Shown: in pieces, positions 31,342-41,782 of the stretch | Layout: every line of letters starts with the position of its first letter | How positions within the stretch are numbered: the stretch's first letter is position 1 | NCBI GenBank assembly: GCA_963793865.1 | Contig: CAWCBP010000008.1 | Coordinates: 480,001 to 544,000 of the forward strand | Direction of reading: 5' to 3' | Origin: an uncultured delta proteobacterium | GTDB lineage: Bacteria; Desulfobacterota; WTBG01 | DNA length: 64,000 nt | The notes under the pieces: generated by a model | Databases searched by the model: none | The model's input: only the letters and a program-made list of their open reading frames with translations | What the model was told of the DNA's origin: nothing | Position numbers and translations under genes: made by a program

Positions 31342-32286
31342 ATGAAGAAACCCGATTTCATAGTGAGAAACTATCATCCGAGTGACTTTGACGACTACGT
31401 CCGATTGCGGGTTGCGGCTGAAAAGCGCGATCGATCCGGACGCCATATTTCAAAGCAGAGATTAGCAGAGGATCTGGGGCATCCCGGTTTTCACCCGCAG
31501 CGTGATCTGTTTATCGCAGAGCGTAGCGGGCGTTTAGTCGGCTATGCCTCCATTTTCCCGGAGCCGGGTATTGGCCGCGCGCTGCTGGATGGTCTGGTCC
31601 ATCCACTGCACAGAAACAAGGGCATTGCAACTGCACTGTTTGACTGCGCCATCCAATATGCAAAAAAGACAGGGGTTAAGGTCGTTCAGGTATGCATATC
31701 GGAAACCAACCTGGCGGCCAGGAATTTTGTGTCAGTCCTGGGGTTTCGATATGTCCGCAGATTCATTGTGTTTAAGCTGGACCTCGCTGCCATGCAACTC
31801 CCTGATGTCAGGCCGGGAGCATATATCATCCGCAATCTCAAGCAGGGTGAAGAACAGCTGTTAACCGATATACAGAACCGCTCGTTTGCGGATGCCTGGG
31901 GTTTTAATCCCAATACGCGAGATGAAATTGCTTACCGCATCAATCTAAGAAGCTGCTCTCCGAAAAATATCATCATGGCCTACCGGGGAGATAAACCCGT
32001 CGGATACTGCTGGACACGGATACTTAGTGAAAAGAATCGAGCGGCAGGGATAATGACAGGCGAGATCCACATGCTGGGGGTAGATCCTGATTTCCAAAAA
32101 AAAGGTATCGGTCGAAAAGTTCTGCTGGCCGGATTGTCATATCTCAAAAGCAACGGTATCACCATCGTCGAATTAACAGCTGACAGTGAGAACCGGGGGG
32201 GACTTCGCCTTTACAAATCGGTCGGATTTAAAGAATTGATGAAAACTGAATGGTACGAAAAGACATTGAGCCAATCACATGCTTAA
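31342..32286 (+). CDS. Tandem GNAT acetyltransferase (MshD-like architecture)
   Basis: Two acetyl-CoA motifs, VHPLHRNKGIA and LGVDPDFQKKGIG; VGYCWTRI; RLYKSVGF. Confidence 0.85.
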   Translation: MKKPDFIVRNYHPSDFDDYVRLRVAAEKRDRSGRHISKQRLAEDLGHPGFHPQRDLFIAERSGRLVGYASIFPEPGIGRALLDGLVHPLHRNKGIATALFDCAIQYAKKTGVKVVQVCISETNLAARNFVSVLGFRYVRRFIVFKLDLAAMQLPDVRPGAYIIRNLKQGEEQLLTDIQNRSFADAWGFNPNTRDEIAYRINLRSCSPKNIIMAYRGDKPVGYCWTRILSEKNRAAGIMTGEIHMLGVDPDFQKKGIGRKVLLAGLSYLKSNGITIVELTADSENRGGLRLYKSVGFKELMKTEWYEKTLSQSHA

Positions 32287-32615
32287 TGTATTTCACAAAG
32301 CAGCGAAGGTTCAAGATAACAGAGTACTGAAAATGCCCTTTGGTTACCGCAACCCTTTGTAGGGCAATAAGTTTAGATCATAGTTTGATGCTACTGGGCC
32401 CCTTTTGTCATGATCGGGGATTGGCAATAGTAAACCGAACCACGCGCAAAGATGGGATTAGATCGAATTCGGAATTCTGTGTGTGGATTTGTGTGTGAAA
32501 AACTTTCCAAAATCTGCTAAAATGTGCCACAGTGTGGAAAATCTGCTAAAGTGAAAACTCCTACATTTCAAATAGTTAAGCGATATTGAGGGGTTGAGGA
32601 AACTCAGGGGTTTTA

Positions 32616-32640
32616 ACTCTTAATCAGTAGGTCGCAGGTT
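32616..32640 (+). other. tRNA-Lys(CTT) fragment (anticodon loop to T-stem), att relic
   Basis: ACTCTTAATCAGTAGGTCGCAGGTT, truncated within the T-loop; preceded by arm-like repeats. Confidence 0.6.
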
Positions 32641-32708
32641 GTTTTGTCCGTTTTAACAAGTGATGCCTGCATGGCCTACCACAAACGCGCTCAAGCTGTT
32701 ATCAGCAA

Positions 32709-32730
32709 TCGCGGCTAAAGCCGCTCCTAC
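32709..32730. repeat. REP (GTAGGAGCG family)
   Basis: TCGCGGCTAAAGCCGCTCCTAC. Confidence 0.7.
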
Positions 32731-32931
32731 CAGCCGTATGCATATCTGAAAAGTCTTATACTATTATACCTCCGCAAAAATAGTCACAGCATAGAAAGCC
32801 TATACAGTTCTATTGCCCGGCGGCAATGCGGGGAAAAAATGCTTGCTCCTGATGGGCAGTTTTGTTAATATCACCGCACGCAGGGCTGCAAAATGCAGTG
32901 ATGTGAATTGTCCGAACATCGGAAGGCGGAT

Positions 32932-34476
32932 ATGGTTAAAAAACGCAAGAAAAAAGATTCGTGTACCATTGATACCCTGTGGGGGGACCGGCTCAGGGAG
33001 GAATCAGCTAACGGACTGCTTGCCTTTACCTCCGGGCGCGATGTTCGGCCCACCCCGCCATATGACGAGCGGCTCATTCCTTACGATATCTGGGGAAGCA
33101 AGGCCCACGCTATCATGCTGTGGAAGCAGAACATCATATCCCGGGACGAGGCGGAAACGCTGGTGCGGGGGCTGAAGGAGGTGGAAACCCTTTATACCAA
33201 GGGGACCTTTATCGTTGACCCGGCCAAGGAGGATGTGCACAGCACCATAGAGACCTACCTGATTGAGCACTACGGCATGGAATCAGCAGGCAGGCTTCAC
33301 ACCGGCCGGAGCAGGAATGACCAGATCGTCCTGGACCTGCGCCTCTACATGCGGGCGGAGGTGATGGATTTTGTCATGCTGCTGATCAGCCTGATCGATA
33401 CCATGATTCTTATTGCAAAGGATCATCGTGATGCCATCATGCCGGGTTATACCCACCATCAGCCGGGGATGATCGGTTCCTGGGGACACCTGCTTTTTTC
33501 ATTCGCGCTTCCCCTTGAGAGGGACATAAAGCGATTCATCAACTGGTACGCGCTTTTTAATTACAATCCCCTGGGCGGAGCGGCAGGCTATGGCACGCGA
33601 CTTCCCCTGGACCGGAAACTTACCGCCCGGCTCATGGGTTTTGACGGCGTGCACCGGAGCTCGCTTGATCCCGTGCACAACCGCTGGGAGCCGGAGTCGG
33701 AACTGGGCTATGCTGTCTCCATCTCGATGAATCATTTAAGCAATCTTGCCCAGACGCTCATACTGTTAAACACCGCCGAGTTCGGCATGGTATCCCTGAA
33801 CGATGCCTACTGCACCGGAAGCTCGCTGATGCCCCAGAAGAGGAATCCGGATCCGCTTGAGGCCATCAAGGGCAAGTCGGCCTACGCGCAGGGGATGTTG
33901 GTGGCCATGCTCGCGCTGGGGCGCTCATTGTTCGCGGGCTATAACCGGGAGTCGCAGTGGAGCAAGTATCCGCTCATGGATGTGGTTGAGGAGTGCAAAC
34001 CATCGCTTTCAATGATGAAGGAAATCCTTGCCTCGCTGACCTTCAACCGGGAGGTCGCACTCGAGAGCTGCAGGAAGGGATTTGTTGCAGCGACAGATGT
34101 GGCGGAGTGGCTGGTCAAAAAACACTCACTTCCCTTCAGGAAGGCAAAGATGGTGGTGGAAAAGGCGGTGGCCTATTCAGAGCAGCAGGGCAATGAGAGC
34201 GTTACTTCCGGTGCGCTGAAGCGGGCCCTTGCCGACATGGACATCAGCCTGGCTTTCAAGGATCGCGATCTGGCGTTATGCCAGCAGCCGGAGCGGGTGC
34301 TGCAGGCACGAAAGATCAAGGGCGGGCCGTCGCCGGCAACGCTGATGCACGAGATAGAGCTGCTGCAGAAGACCATGCGGGGCCATGTGCTGTGGCTGAA
34401 GCGTAACCGGGACCATATCGAAAAGGCGCGGAAGGAAGTGGAGGCGGTGATTGACTCGCTTTGCTCACGGTGCTGA
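32932..34476 (+). CDS. argH: Argininosuccinate lyase
   Basis: LWGDR, EDVHSTIE, LHTGRSRNDQI, MPGYTHHQ, TGSSLMPQKRNPD. Confidence 0.92.
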   Translation: MVKKRKKKDSCTIDTLWGDRLREESANGLLAFTSGRDVRPTPPYDERLIPYDIWGSKAHAIMLWKQNIISRDEAETLVRGLKEVETLYTKGTFIVDPAKEDVHSTIETYLIEHYGMESAGRLHTGRSRNDQIVLDLRLYMRAEVMDFVMLLISLIDTMILIAKDHRDAIMPGYTHHQPGMIGSWGHLLFSFALPLERDIKRFINWYALFNYNPLGGAAGYGTRLPLDRKLTARLMGFDGVHRSSLDPVHNRWEPESELGYAVSISMNHLSNLAQTLILLNTAEFGMVSLNDAYCTGSSLMPQKRNPDPLEAIKGKSAYAQGMLVAMLALGRSLFAGYNRESQWSKYPLMDVVEECKPSLSMMKEILASLTFNREVALESCRKGFVAATDVAEWLVKKHSLPFRKAKMVVEKAVAYSEQQGNESVTSGALKRALADMDISLAFKDRDLALCQQPERVLQARKIKGGPSPATLMHEIELLQKTMRGHVLWLKRNRDHIEKARKEVEAVIDSLCSRC

Positions 34477-34531
34477 AGGGATGGGGGGTCGACAGACGGA
34501 TGCTCCGGAGGAGATGAACGAAATAATTTCT

Positions 34532-34580
34532 GTGGGAGCGCATTTATGCGCGATGCATTCGCGGCTGAAGCCGCTCCTAC
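34532..34580. repeat. REPIN-like pair (GTAGGAGCG family)
   Basis: GTGGGAGCGCATTTATGCGCGATGCATTCGCGGCTGAAGCCGCTCCTAC. Confidence 0.7.
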
Positions 34581-34610
34581 CGGTCATAAACTCTCAGCGG
34601 GAGGTTGATC

Positions 34611-35906
34611 ATGGCAACATACAAAGGGGGCGTATCTCCTGATTTCGAAAAGGCCCTGCAAGTGGGCAGACCGCCGAACGTGGTAAAGCTTTTCCCGCAC
34701 TCAAAGGCACTGCTGGTGAGCGGAAAAGTGATCGACCGGGCCATGATAGCCAAGGGCAAGGCAATGACCATGGCGGCAAACGGCCGCAATACTTTTGTCA
34801 TCCGCGGCGCACTGAGAGCGGCCCAGCGGGCCAATGCCGCACTGATCATAGAGATCGCCAAGTCCGAGGGCGGCTCCGGCGCTTACTGCGCGGTCAACTA
34901 CTGGAACATGGCCACCTATGTGGATAGCTTCTGTAATGAGATGGGCATCACCATTCCGGTTGCCATTCATGCGGACCATTACGGCATCAAGGGCGACAAG
35001 GACATGAACCTGGCAAAGATGGAGATCCCCAGCATGATCGAGGCAGGCATAACCTCGGTTGCCATCGATGCCTCGCATCTCCCCGATGACAAGAACCTCC
35101 TGGCCTCGATAGCGCTCAATCCCCTGGTCCCCACGTGGGCGGGCCTGGAAACGGAAGTGGGTGAGATTAAGGGGAAGGAAGGCCTTTCAACCGTTGAAGA
35201 GGCGCTTTTTCTTATCAGGGGACTCAACGCTCACTCCATCTTTCCTGATTGGATCGCGCTCAATAACGGCACCACCCACGGCATTGAAGAGAGTGACGCG
35301 GGCATCCAGGTGGAGCTGACCGCGAAGATACACGAGGCGCTGAAAGACTACGGTGTCTCCGGCGCGCAGCACGGCACCTCGGGCAACAGCTCGGAGCGGC
35401 TTCGGGCAATTGCCTCCAGGACCCGCACCACCAAGGCAAATGTCGCGACGGCGCTGCAGATGGTTTCATGGGGGCTGAAGGTGAACGACTACGGTAATGC
35501 CATCCTGGACGGGGACAAAAACTTCATCAAGGTCAGCGGTGAAGGCATGACTGAGGAGCTGTGGGCGGAGATGGTGGAGTATGCAAAGTCGAAGAGCCTT
35601 AAGGCCGGAGACTACAAGAAGCTCAACCTGCCGTACGAAAACCGGCTCAGCGGACAGCCGCGGGAAATCAGGGAGCGGATGGTAAAGGCGGTTGAAGACT
35701 TTGTCTATAACATGCTGGCGAACGTCATGAACGCCCGGGATACCGCGCCTCTTGCAATAGAAGCCATCTTGAAAGCCGGATCGTATGACCTCGGACCAAA
35801 GGCAAAGCGCATTGAAGATCCTGCGGAGTGGACCGAAAGCAAGCTGGTGGAAAAAGCCAAACATCTTACTTCCGACAAGGGAGCGAAGGGGAATTTTGAC
35901 GATTAG
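34611..35906 (+). CDS. fba: Class II fructose-bisphosphate aldolase
   Basis: IAKSEG, VAIHADHY, IDASH, ETEVGEIKG, NNGTTHG, AQHGTSG, KANVATAL. Confidence 0.88.
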   Translation: MATYKGGVSPDFEKALQVGRPPNVVKLFPHSKALLVSGKVIDRAMIAKGKAMTMAANGRNTFVIRGALRAAQRANAALIIEIAKSEGGSGAYCAVNYWNMATYVDSFCNEMGITIPVAIHADHYGIKGDKDMNLAKMEIPSMIEAGITSVAIDASHLPDDKNLLASIALNPLVPTWAGLETEVGEIKGKEGLSTVEEALFLIRGLNAHSIFPDWIALNNGTTHGIEESDAGIQVELTAKIHEALKDYGVSGAQHGTSGNSSERLRAIASRTRTTKANVATALQMVSWGLKVNDYGNAILDGDKNFIKVSGEGMTEELWAEMVEYAKSKSLKAGDYKKLNLPYENRLSGQPREIRERMVKAVEDFVYNMLANVMNARDTAPLAIEAILKAGSYDLGPKAKRIEDPAEWTESKLVEKAKHLTSDKGAKGNFDD

Positions 35907-35935
35907 TAAGCCAAAATAATCTTTTGTGCAAAATA

Positions 35936-36225
35936 AAGCAATCCAGTCGATGCGAGGAGTCCCGCCTTGACGGGGCGACGAAATCCCATTTTTACCATTA
36001 ACGCAGAGCATTAAACAATGAAATTGCTTCGTTTCGCTCGCAATGAGCAGGTAAAGTGAACTAATAATTTAATTCATTAGTGTCCTAAACAAGATGTTTT
36101 TTACTCTCGGATTGTATTAAACTTTTTATATGAGATTGCTTCGTTTGGCATTATGAGCTCCTTGCAACGACTTTTCATTGCTGCAGTCATTCGCTTGATC
36201 TTTGCTGTTGCGAAGCGAGGAATCT
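35936..36225. repeat. Cluster of degenerate palindromic intergenic repeats (GCAATC / GATTGCTTCG type)
   Basis: AAATTGCTTCGTTTCGCTCGCAATGA, GAGATTGCTTCGTTT and AAGCAATCC motifs. Confidence 0.4.
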
Positions 36226-36363
36226 TGCATTACCGTTTTTTGGACAAGCACTGCAAGTCAATCTAATTTCTAAAATTACAGTCGACAAAGGCAGGGGGTA
36301 TTTGGTTCCTGCCTTTCTGATATCATCCGGTTGGGTAAACCCGCCGTCACGGAAAAATACTAC

Positions 36364-36966
36364 ATGGATACCCTGGCACACGGATTGTGGGCAACCGCCC
36401 TGTCAAAGTCGGTGAATATCCGAACGCCGCGCAGCCTTAAGACCGGCCAGATGGCACTCTGGAGCATAGCGCCCGATCTTTTCTCCTTTACCCCGGTCGT
36501 GGTGTGGATGATCTGGCAAATGTCATACAATGGGGTTGCGTTCAGCGATATCCCCCGGCCGGAGTTCATGTCAGCCGATGAACGGGGCAGAATTTTCATT
36601 CTCAGCTTATCCCAAATCCTTTATCATATCAGCCATAGTGGTATCATCTTTCTGGGTCTTTTCCTGCTGGTGTGGCTGCTTCGCCGCTATAAAGCGGGCA
36701 AAACATCAGGAAATGCATTCGGGGGAGGCAGGCCCTATTTTGAGATGGCCGGATGGCTTCTCCACATCCTGCTTGACATACCGACTCATTCCGAGAAATT
36801 TTACCCGACGCTTTTCCTCTGGCCACTGTCCAATTTCCATTTTAACGGCAGTTCATGGGGGAACATGAAATTCATGATAGGCAATTATCTCTGCCTGCTG
36901 ACGGTGTTTGTTGCCATCCGCGTCGCAGGCAGAATGGGGGCGCGCAAAATTACAGGTACGATATGA
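36364..36966 (+). CDS. Membrane protein, putative metal-dependent hydrolase (YdjM-like)
   Basis: MDTLAHGLW, APDL, SHS and LHILLDIPTH His/Asp motifs between TM helices. Confidence 0.65.
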   Translation: MDTLAHGLWATALSKSVNIRTPRSLKTGQMALWSIAPDLFSFTPVVVWMIWQMSYNGVAFSDIPRPEFMSADERGRIFILSLSQILYHISHSGIIFLGLFLLVWLLRRYKAGKTSGNAFGGGRPYFEMAGWLLHILLDIPTHSEKFYPTLFLWPLSNFHFNGSSWGNMKFMIGNYLCLLTVFVAIRVAGRMGARKITGTI

Positions 36967-37122
36967 ACCAAACGCACGCGGCCTTTTTGGCAAGCATGGT
37001 CATTCTGTGCGAAAATATTGTTCTGAAAGCAATGCTTGCGCACCAGGCAGTAATTGTTGTATGATGCGAAAAAATTCAAGGGACACGTCTCGGATTTGAC
37101 CTTACATCTTTGGGGGGTTGCG

Positions 37123-39078
37123 ATGGATAAAATTTATGGCTGGACGGGTTCGCTGCTGCGTATTGAGCTCCCCTCGGGAGACAATCGGGTAACTTCCAGC
37201 ATGGATTACGCGGATGATTTTATCGGCGGCAGGCTTTTTGCCTCAAGGGTATACTGGGACGAAGTGCCTAAAACCACCGGCGCACTTTCTCCCGAAAACC
37301 CGCTGATGATCATGCCGGGACCGCTGACCGGGACAGCCGCGATCGGCTGCTCGCGATGGGTCATCAGCGCCAAGTCCCCCCATTCCTATCCTGATCAGTA
37401 CGGTTTCGGAAATGGCGGGGGATTTTTCGGGGCCGCCTTGAAGCGGGCGGGGTTTGACGGCATGATCATATCCGGCAAGGCAAAGGGACTTTCCTATATT
37501 CTCATCGAAGGCGGGAAAGCCGCACTAAAGGATGCGGAAGGGCTGAGAGGGCTCGAGACCCATGAGACCATGGACCGGCTGAGAAAGCAGCACGGGACGG
37601 ATGCGCGGATCGTGTGTATCGGCCCCGGAGGAGAGGGCCTGGTCCGCTTTGCCATTGCGCTCACCGACCAGGGGGGAACCCTTTCCAACGGCATGGGCGC
37701 GGTCATGGGGTCAAAGAACCTCAAGGCCATCGTGGTCAGGGGAGGGGACAAGGTCCCCGTGGCCCATCCCGACAGGCTGAGCGAGATTAATGCGCAGATC
37801 CGCTTCCTGCGCAAAGGCCAGAACGAAAGCCTGTATCTGACGGAACCCATGCTCCAGGGAATTGAAAAGGGTAAGGACACACCCTGCTATGCCTGTCCGG
37901 GAGGATGCTCCCGGGCATACTTCAAGCACACCTCGGGAAGGGAAGAGGTGCGCAAAACCTGTGCGGCTGCCTTTGTCTATACCCCCTGGGATCAGCTTTA
38001 CCACGGGGAGGCGACGGAAAATCCTTATCTGGCAACCTCTCTTTGTGATCGTTTGGGGCTCTGCACCGGAGAAGTCAGCAATCTTATATACTGGCTCTAC
38101 CGCTGTTTCAAGGCAGGAGTGCTTAGCGAGGATGAAACGGGCCTTCCGCTGTCGAAAATCGGAAGCCTGGAGTTTTTTGAGGCCCTGGCGAATGGCATCA
38201 TTACCCGGAAGGGGTTCGGCGAACTGCTGGCCCAGGGTACTCGGCGGGCATCGCTGGAGAAGGGAAACGCTGCCGCGGAGATAGCGCTGAGCCGCATCAC
38301 GCCTTCAGGCTATGCCAATGACGCCTATGGCGGCAGGGTATTTATAACCAATGCCCTCATGTACGCAACCGAAAACAGGAATCCCATCATCCAGCTCCAC
38401 GAGTTCAGCTTTACGGTTCTCAAGTGGATGCTCTGGCATACCACCTCCGGCGGCATGTCCTCGTTATCTACGGATGACTTAAGGAAAATAGCCAGACGGG
38501 CCTGGGGCAATGAAAAGGCGGTTGATTTTTCAACCTATGAGGGAAAAGCCCAGGCGGCCTTCATGATACAGAACCGGCAGCACGCCAAGGAAAGCATGGT
38601 GGGATGTGACCGCTTCTATCCCCTGCTCGATACCGACCAGCGGGAAGACCACATGGGCGATCCCACGCTGGTTCCGCAGCTCTTCAGTGCCGTGACCGGA
38701 CGGGAGATGAGCGAGGAAGAATATTACCGTATGGGCGATCGGTCCTTCAACCTGCAGCGGGCGCTGATGTGCCGCGAGGGGAGGGCGGGAAGAAAGGACG
38801 ACATCATCGGGGAGTTTAATTTTACCGAACCGGTGGAGCAGGAAGAGGGGATGATTGGGCTTTTTAACCCTGATCTGGAAATGCCCGGCCCGGGGGATAC
38901 CATAATCACCCGCAAGGGAGCGGCCATGGACCGCGGCGAGTTTGAGCGGATGAAAGACGAGTACTATGATCTGCGAAGGTGGGACGTCCCATCCGGGCTG
39001 CAGAAGCGGAAGCTGCTTGAAGATCTCGGCTTGAGCTGTGTGTGCAGGGAGTTGGATGGGCTGGGCCTGCTCAAATGA
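37123..39078 (+). CDS. Aldehyde:ferredoxin oxidoreductase family (W/Mo-pterin)
   Basis: YGWTGSLLRIEL, PGPLTGT, AKSP, LKRAGFDG, GMGAVMGSKNLKAI, CYACPGGC, CDRLGL, EYYDLRRWD. Confidence 0.9.
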   Translation: MDKIYGWTGSLLRIELPSGDNRVTSSMDYADDFIGGRLFASRVYWDEVPKTTGALSPENPLMIMPGPLTGTAAIGCSRWVISAKSPHSYPDQYGFGNGGGFFGAALKRAGFDGMIISGKAKGLSYILIEGGKAALKDAEGLRGLETHETMDRLRKQHGTDARIVCIGPGGEGLVRFAIALTDQGGTLSNGMGAVMGSKNLKAIVVRGGDKVPVAHPDRLSEINAQIRFLRKGQNESLYLTEPMLQGIEKGKDTPCYACPGGCSRAYFKHTSGREEVRKTCAAAFVYTPWDQLYHGEATENPYLATSLCDRLGLCTGEVSNLIYWLYRCFKAGVLSEDETGLPLSKIGSLEFFEALANGIITRKGFGELLAQGTRRASLEKGNAAAEIALSRITPSGYANDAYGGRVFITNALMYATENRNPIIQLHEFSFTVLKWMLWHTTSGGMSSLSTDDLRKIARRAWGNEKAVDFSTYEGKAQAAFMIQNRQHAKESMVGCDRFYPLLDTDQREDHMGDPTLVPQLFSAVTGREMSEEEYYRMGDRSFNLQRALMCREGRAGRKDDIIGEFNFTEPVEQEEGMIGLFNPDLEMPGPGDTIITRKGAAMDRGEFERMKDEYYDLRRWDVPSGLQKRKLLEDLGLSCVCRELDGLGLLK

Positions 39079-39143
39079 GGGGTGTGTGCGGGCCGCTCTA
39101 CAGATAGACAGATGAACATCTAAGGTGCAGAAAGGAGGAGATC

Positions 39144-39713
39144 ATGAGTAATCTGAAACGCGTTATCATTCTTTTAACCCTGGTTGTGCTGGTACCCGGT
39201 TTTGCCTTTGCCTCCGATACCTGGATTATTTATTATACCAGGTCGGGCAACAACAAAACCATCGCCGAGCACGTCCAGTCACAAATTCCACAAGGCAAAC
39301 TGGTGGAGATCAAATCAAACGATGACCGGTCTGGCATTCTCGGCTTCGTCACCTGCGCGCTTGATCAATGGATGGACCGGGATGCCGCCATTACCGTGGA
39401 GGACATAACACCCGCCGCTGATGATACGATTATCATGTGCGCTCCCATCTGGCTGCAGCAGCTTTCCTCACCGCCGCGGACATTCATCAAGCAGGGCAAA
39501 CTGAAAGGCATGAAGATGCACCTGTTCATCACCTTTGGCGGCAAACTGAACGAAGAAAAGCAAAAGCTGCTGGAAACCTGGGTGCGCGACCAGGGAATTG
39601 ACCTTCAGGGCGTTTACGGTTCGGGTGTGGGAGGCAAAACTCCGGAAGATATAAAGAAACTGATTGACGAGCACCTGACGAAAGCGGGGTTGATTGCGGC
39701 CGTTGCCCGGTAG
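39144..39713 (+). CDS. Flavodoxin-like protein with Sec-type signal peptide
   Basis: Hydrophobic leader ending AFA; YYTRSGNNKTIAE FMN-phosphate loop; APIW; FITFGG. Confidence 0.75.
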   Translation: MSNLKRVIILLTLVVLVPGFAFASDTWIIYYTRSGNNKTIAEHVQSQIPQGKLVEIKSNDDRSGILGFVTCALDQWMDRDAAITVEDITPAADDTIIMCAPIWLQQLSSPPRTFIKQGKLKGMKMHLFITFGGKLNEEKQKLLETWVRDQGIDLQGVYGSGVGGKTPEDIKKLIDEHLTKAGLIAAVAR

Positions 39714-39759
39714 CAGGCAGCATCGGGCACACTATCGCAGGTGGAGACGCGGGGAAAAA

Positions 39760-40219
39760 ATGATTGGAAAGCGAACAGGGGTGAGCCTTGTCATTCTGAT
39801 GGTTTTTATTTGTCTGCTTGGGAGGGTTCACCATCGCCATGCCGGGCCTCTGGGCAAACCATTTGTCGCACTGGATTGTTCTTCCGTCCATCGCCCTGAT
39901 TATGACCCTGCTGCTGGGCCTCGTGCTCATGGATGACCTGTTTGAGTTGGATAAGGCAGTCTTTATCAGGCTGAAAAAATCCCATATCGGCATCGGGATA
40001 AGAAAGTATTTGCTGTGGGCATTTTTCCTGGTCTGCGCCGTTTCCTTTATCATGGAAGGAGTGCAATTTTTCATCTCCCGGTCGTATATGCGCTGGGCAG
40101 ACCCGCTGCTTGTCATTTCGGGCTCCATGGCCGGGATAGTACTGCACATTGTAGGCTCAAAGTGGCTGATGAAGAAGGTTGAATTTGAGCTGGAGCGCTG
40201 GGAGGATAACGTGCTGTGA
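39760..40219 (+). CDS. Membrane protein with VanZ-like C-terminus; probable frameshift near 39810
   Basis: Hydrophobic helices; MEGVQFFISRSYMRWADPLLVISGSMAG. Confidence 0.5.
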
Positions 40220-40260
40220 GGTGATATAATAAGATACTTCGCAGTTGGTAGACCCGTCCT

Positions 40261-40308
40261 AAAAAAATAGCCCCCTCGGTCACTGTTAGCCCGGGAGGCT
40301 ATTTTTTT
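40261..40308. terminator. Bidirectional terminator-like hairpin
   Basis: AAAAAAATAGCC ... GGCTATTTTTTT. Confidence 0.6.
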
Positions 40309-40466
40309 GTTGAAAAGCAGGCTCTTTATGTTAAGAATAAAAGCTATTACTATCCGTGGGGGCAGAATGATAAGCGCACGAAGTATGTTGAACAGGTTCC
40401 TCACTTTTTCCGGGGTCGTGTCTGATCCCGGGGTAAAATAAGGATATTTATTATGGAGGTGAGATT

Positions 40467-41715
40467 ATGAAAGGATTATTAGTGTTAAGTGCCGTGTTGC
40501 TGGCTCTTCCGTGTATGGCTTTTGCGGGTCCTGTCCCTGATACCGGTCAGGCGGATTGTTATGATGATGCCAACTATATGGCCTGTCAATCTCCCGGGGG
40601 TGACTATTACGGCCAGGACGCTCAATACTTCTGCAATACCCGTTCATATAACGACCTTGGCAATGGGATTGTGCGTGATACTATCACCGACCTTGAGTGG
40701 CAGCAGAACAGTCCGTATGATACATACCGATGGCAGGAAGCTGTAGACTATTGCAACAATTTGGAACTTGGCGGGCATTCTGATTGGCGGTTGCCTTCGA
40801 TAAAGGAGCTTTCCACCCTGGTTGACAGCGGCATACCGGATCCCGGGCCGACCGTCAATGTAGAATATTTCCCCGACACCGTCGGGTCCGCCTACTCCGA
40901 CTACTGGTCGTCTGATGCGGAGGCCCATAATACAAGTTATGCCTGGATCGTCCATTTCGGCGACGGCAGCGTGAAGACAAGCGCAAAGATCAACCGGCTC
41001 AATGTTCGTGCCGTGCGCGGCGTACAATCCTCCGATATGCCTGGTGGATAACGGGGACGGAACAATCACTGATCCGGGCACCGGTTTAATGTGGGAGATA
41101 AAAACTGACGATGGCGGCCCCCGGGATATGGATAATGCCTGCACCTGGCAGGAGGCGCTGGCGTATTGCGAGAACCTGACGCTGGCGGACTACAATGACT
41201 GGCGCTTACCCAATAGAAATGAACTGCAATCTCTTATTGATTATGGCAGGTATGGTCCTTCCGCAGATCCCGTATTGCCCTCCGTGAGACCCTCTTCCTT
41301 CTGGTCATCTACGACGAATGTCGGCAATCCCCTCGTTGCCTGGCTGGTCAATTTTTACGATGGCGATGTAAGCTTCATCAGCAAGTCAGGCGACAGTTAT
41401 GTGCGTGCCGTTCGCGCCGGCCAGTGCCGGGTGTTGACAACAACATCGACGACATCCGTATCGCCAACAACAATCCCTGATGGCAATTGTCCGTCAAAAA
41501 AGTTGTACGGTGAGCAGTCGGAGGAAACGGAGCTTTTAAGAGAATTCCGGGACGGCGTGCTCAGCAAGACGGCAGAGGGACAGGAGATAATCAAGCTCTA
41601 CTATCTGTGGAGTCCTGCTATTCTTGCGGCAATGGAAAGAGACGAAGCGTTTAAAATGTGGGCAAAGGAAATGATTGACAGCATCCTGCCGGTGATCGAA
41701 AGCGAAGTGGAGTAA
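40467..41715 (+). CDS. Secreted tandem DUF1566 (Lcl-type) protein with Thr-rich linker and CFI-box-CTERM-like tail; frameshift near 41035
   Basis: Signal peptide; VPDTGQ...GQDAQY; two repeats of D.G.G.V.D..T.L.W...WQEA..YC..L.L....DWRLP...EL..L...YWSS...AW.V.F..G...VRAVR; tail LLREFRDGVLSKTAEGQEIIKLYY. Confidence 0.85.
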
Positions 41716-41743
41716 CCAACAGTATTTCTGCTTCCCCTTTTTC

Positions 41744-41779
41744 AAAATCCCCATCATCCCGCACGCTGATGGGGATTTT
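41744..41779. terminator. Terminator between convergent genes
   Basis: AAAATCCCCATCA ... TGATGGGGATTTT. Confidence 0.7.
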
Positions 41780-41782
41780 CAT

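Noticed and set aside
39529..40404. 291-aa minus-strand ORF
   Set aside because: It overlaps two plus-strand genes and a terminator, and has no protein-like motifs.
40467..41715. DUF1566 protein as target of a diversity-generating retroelement
   Set aside because: No reverse transcriptase and no near-identical template repeat seen in the window; the two domains differ at all base types.
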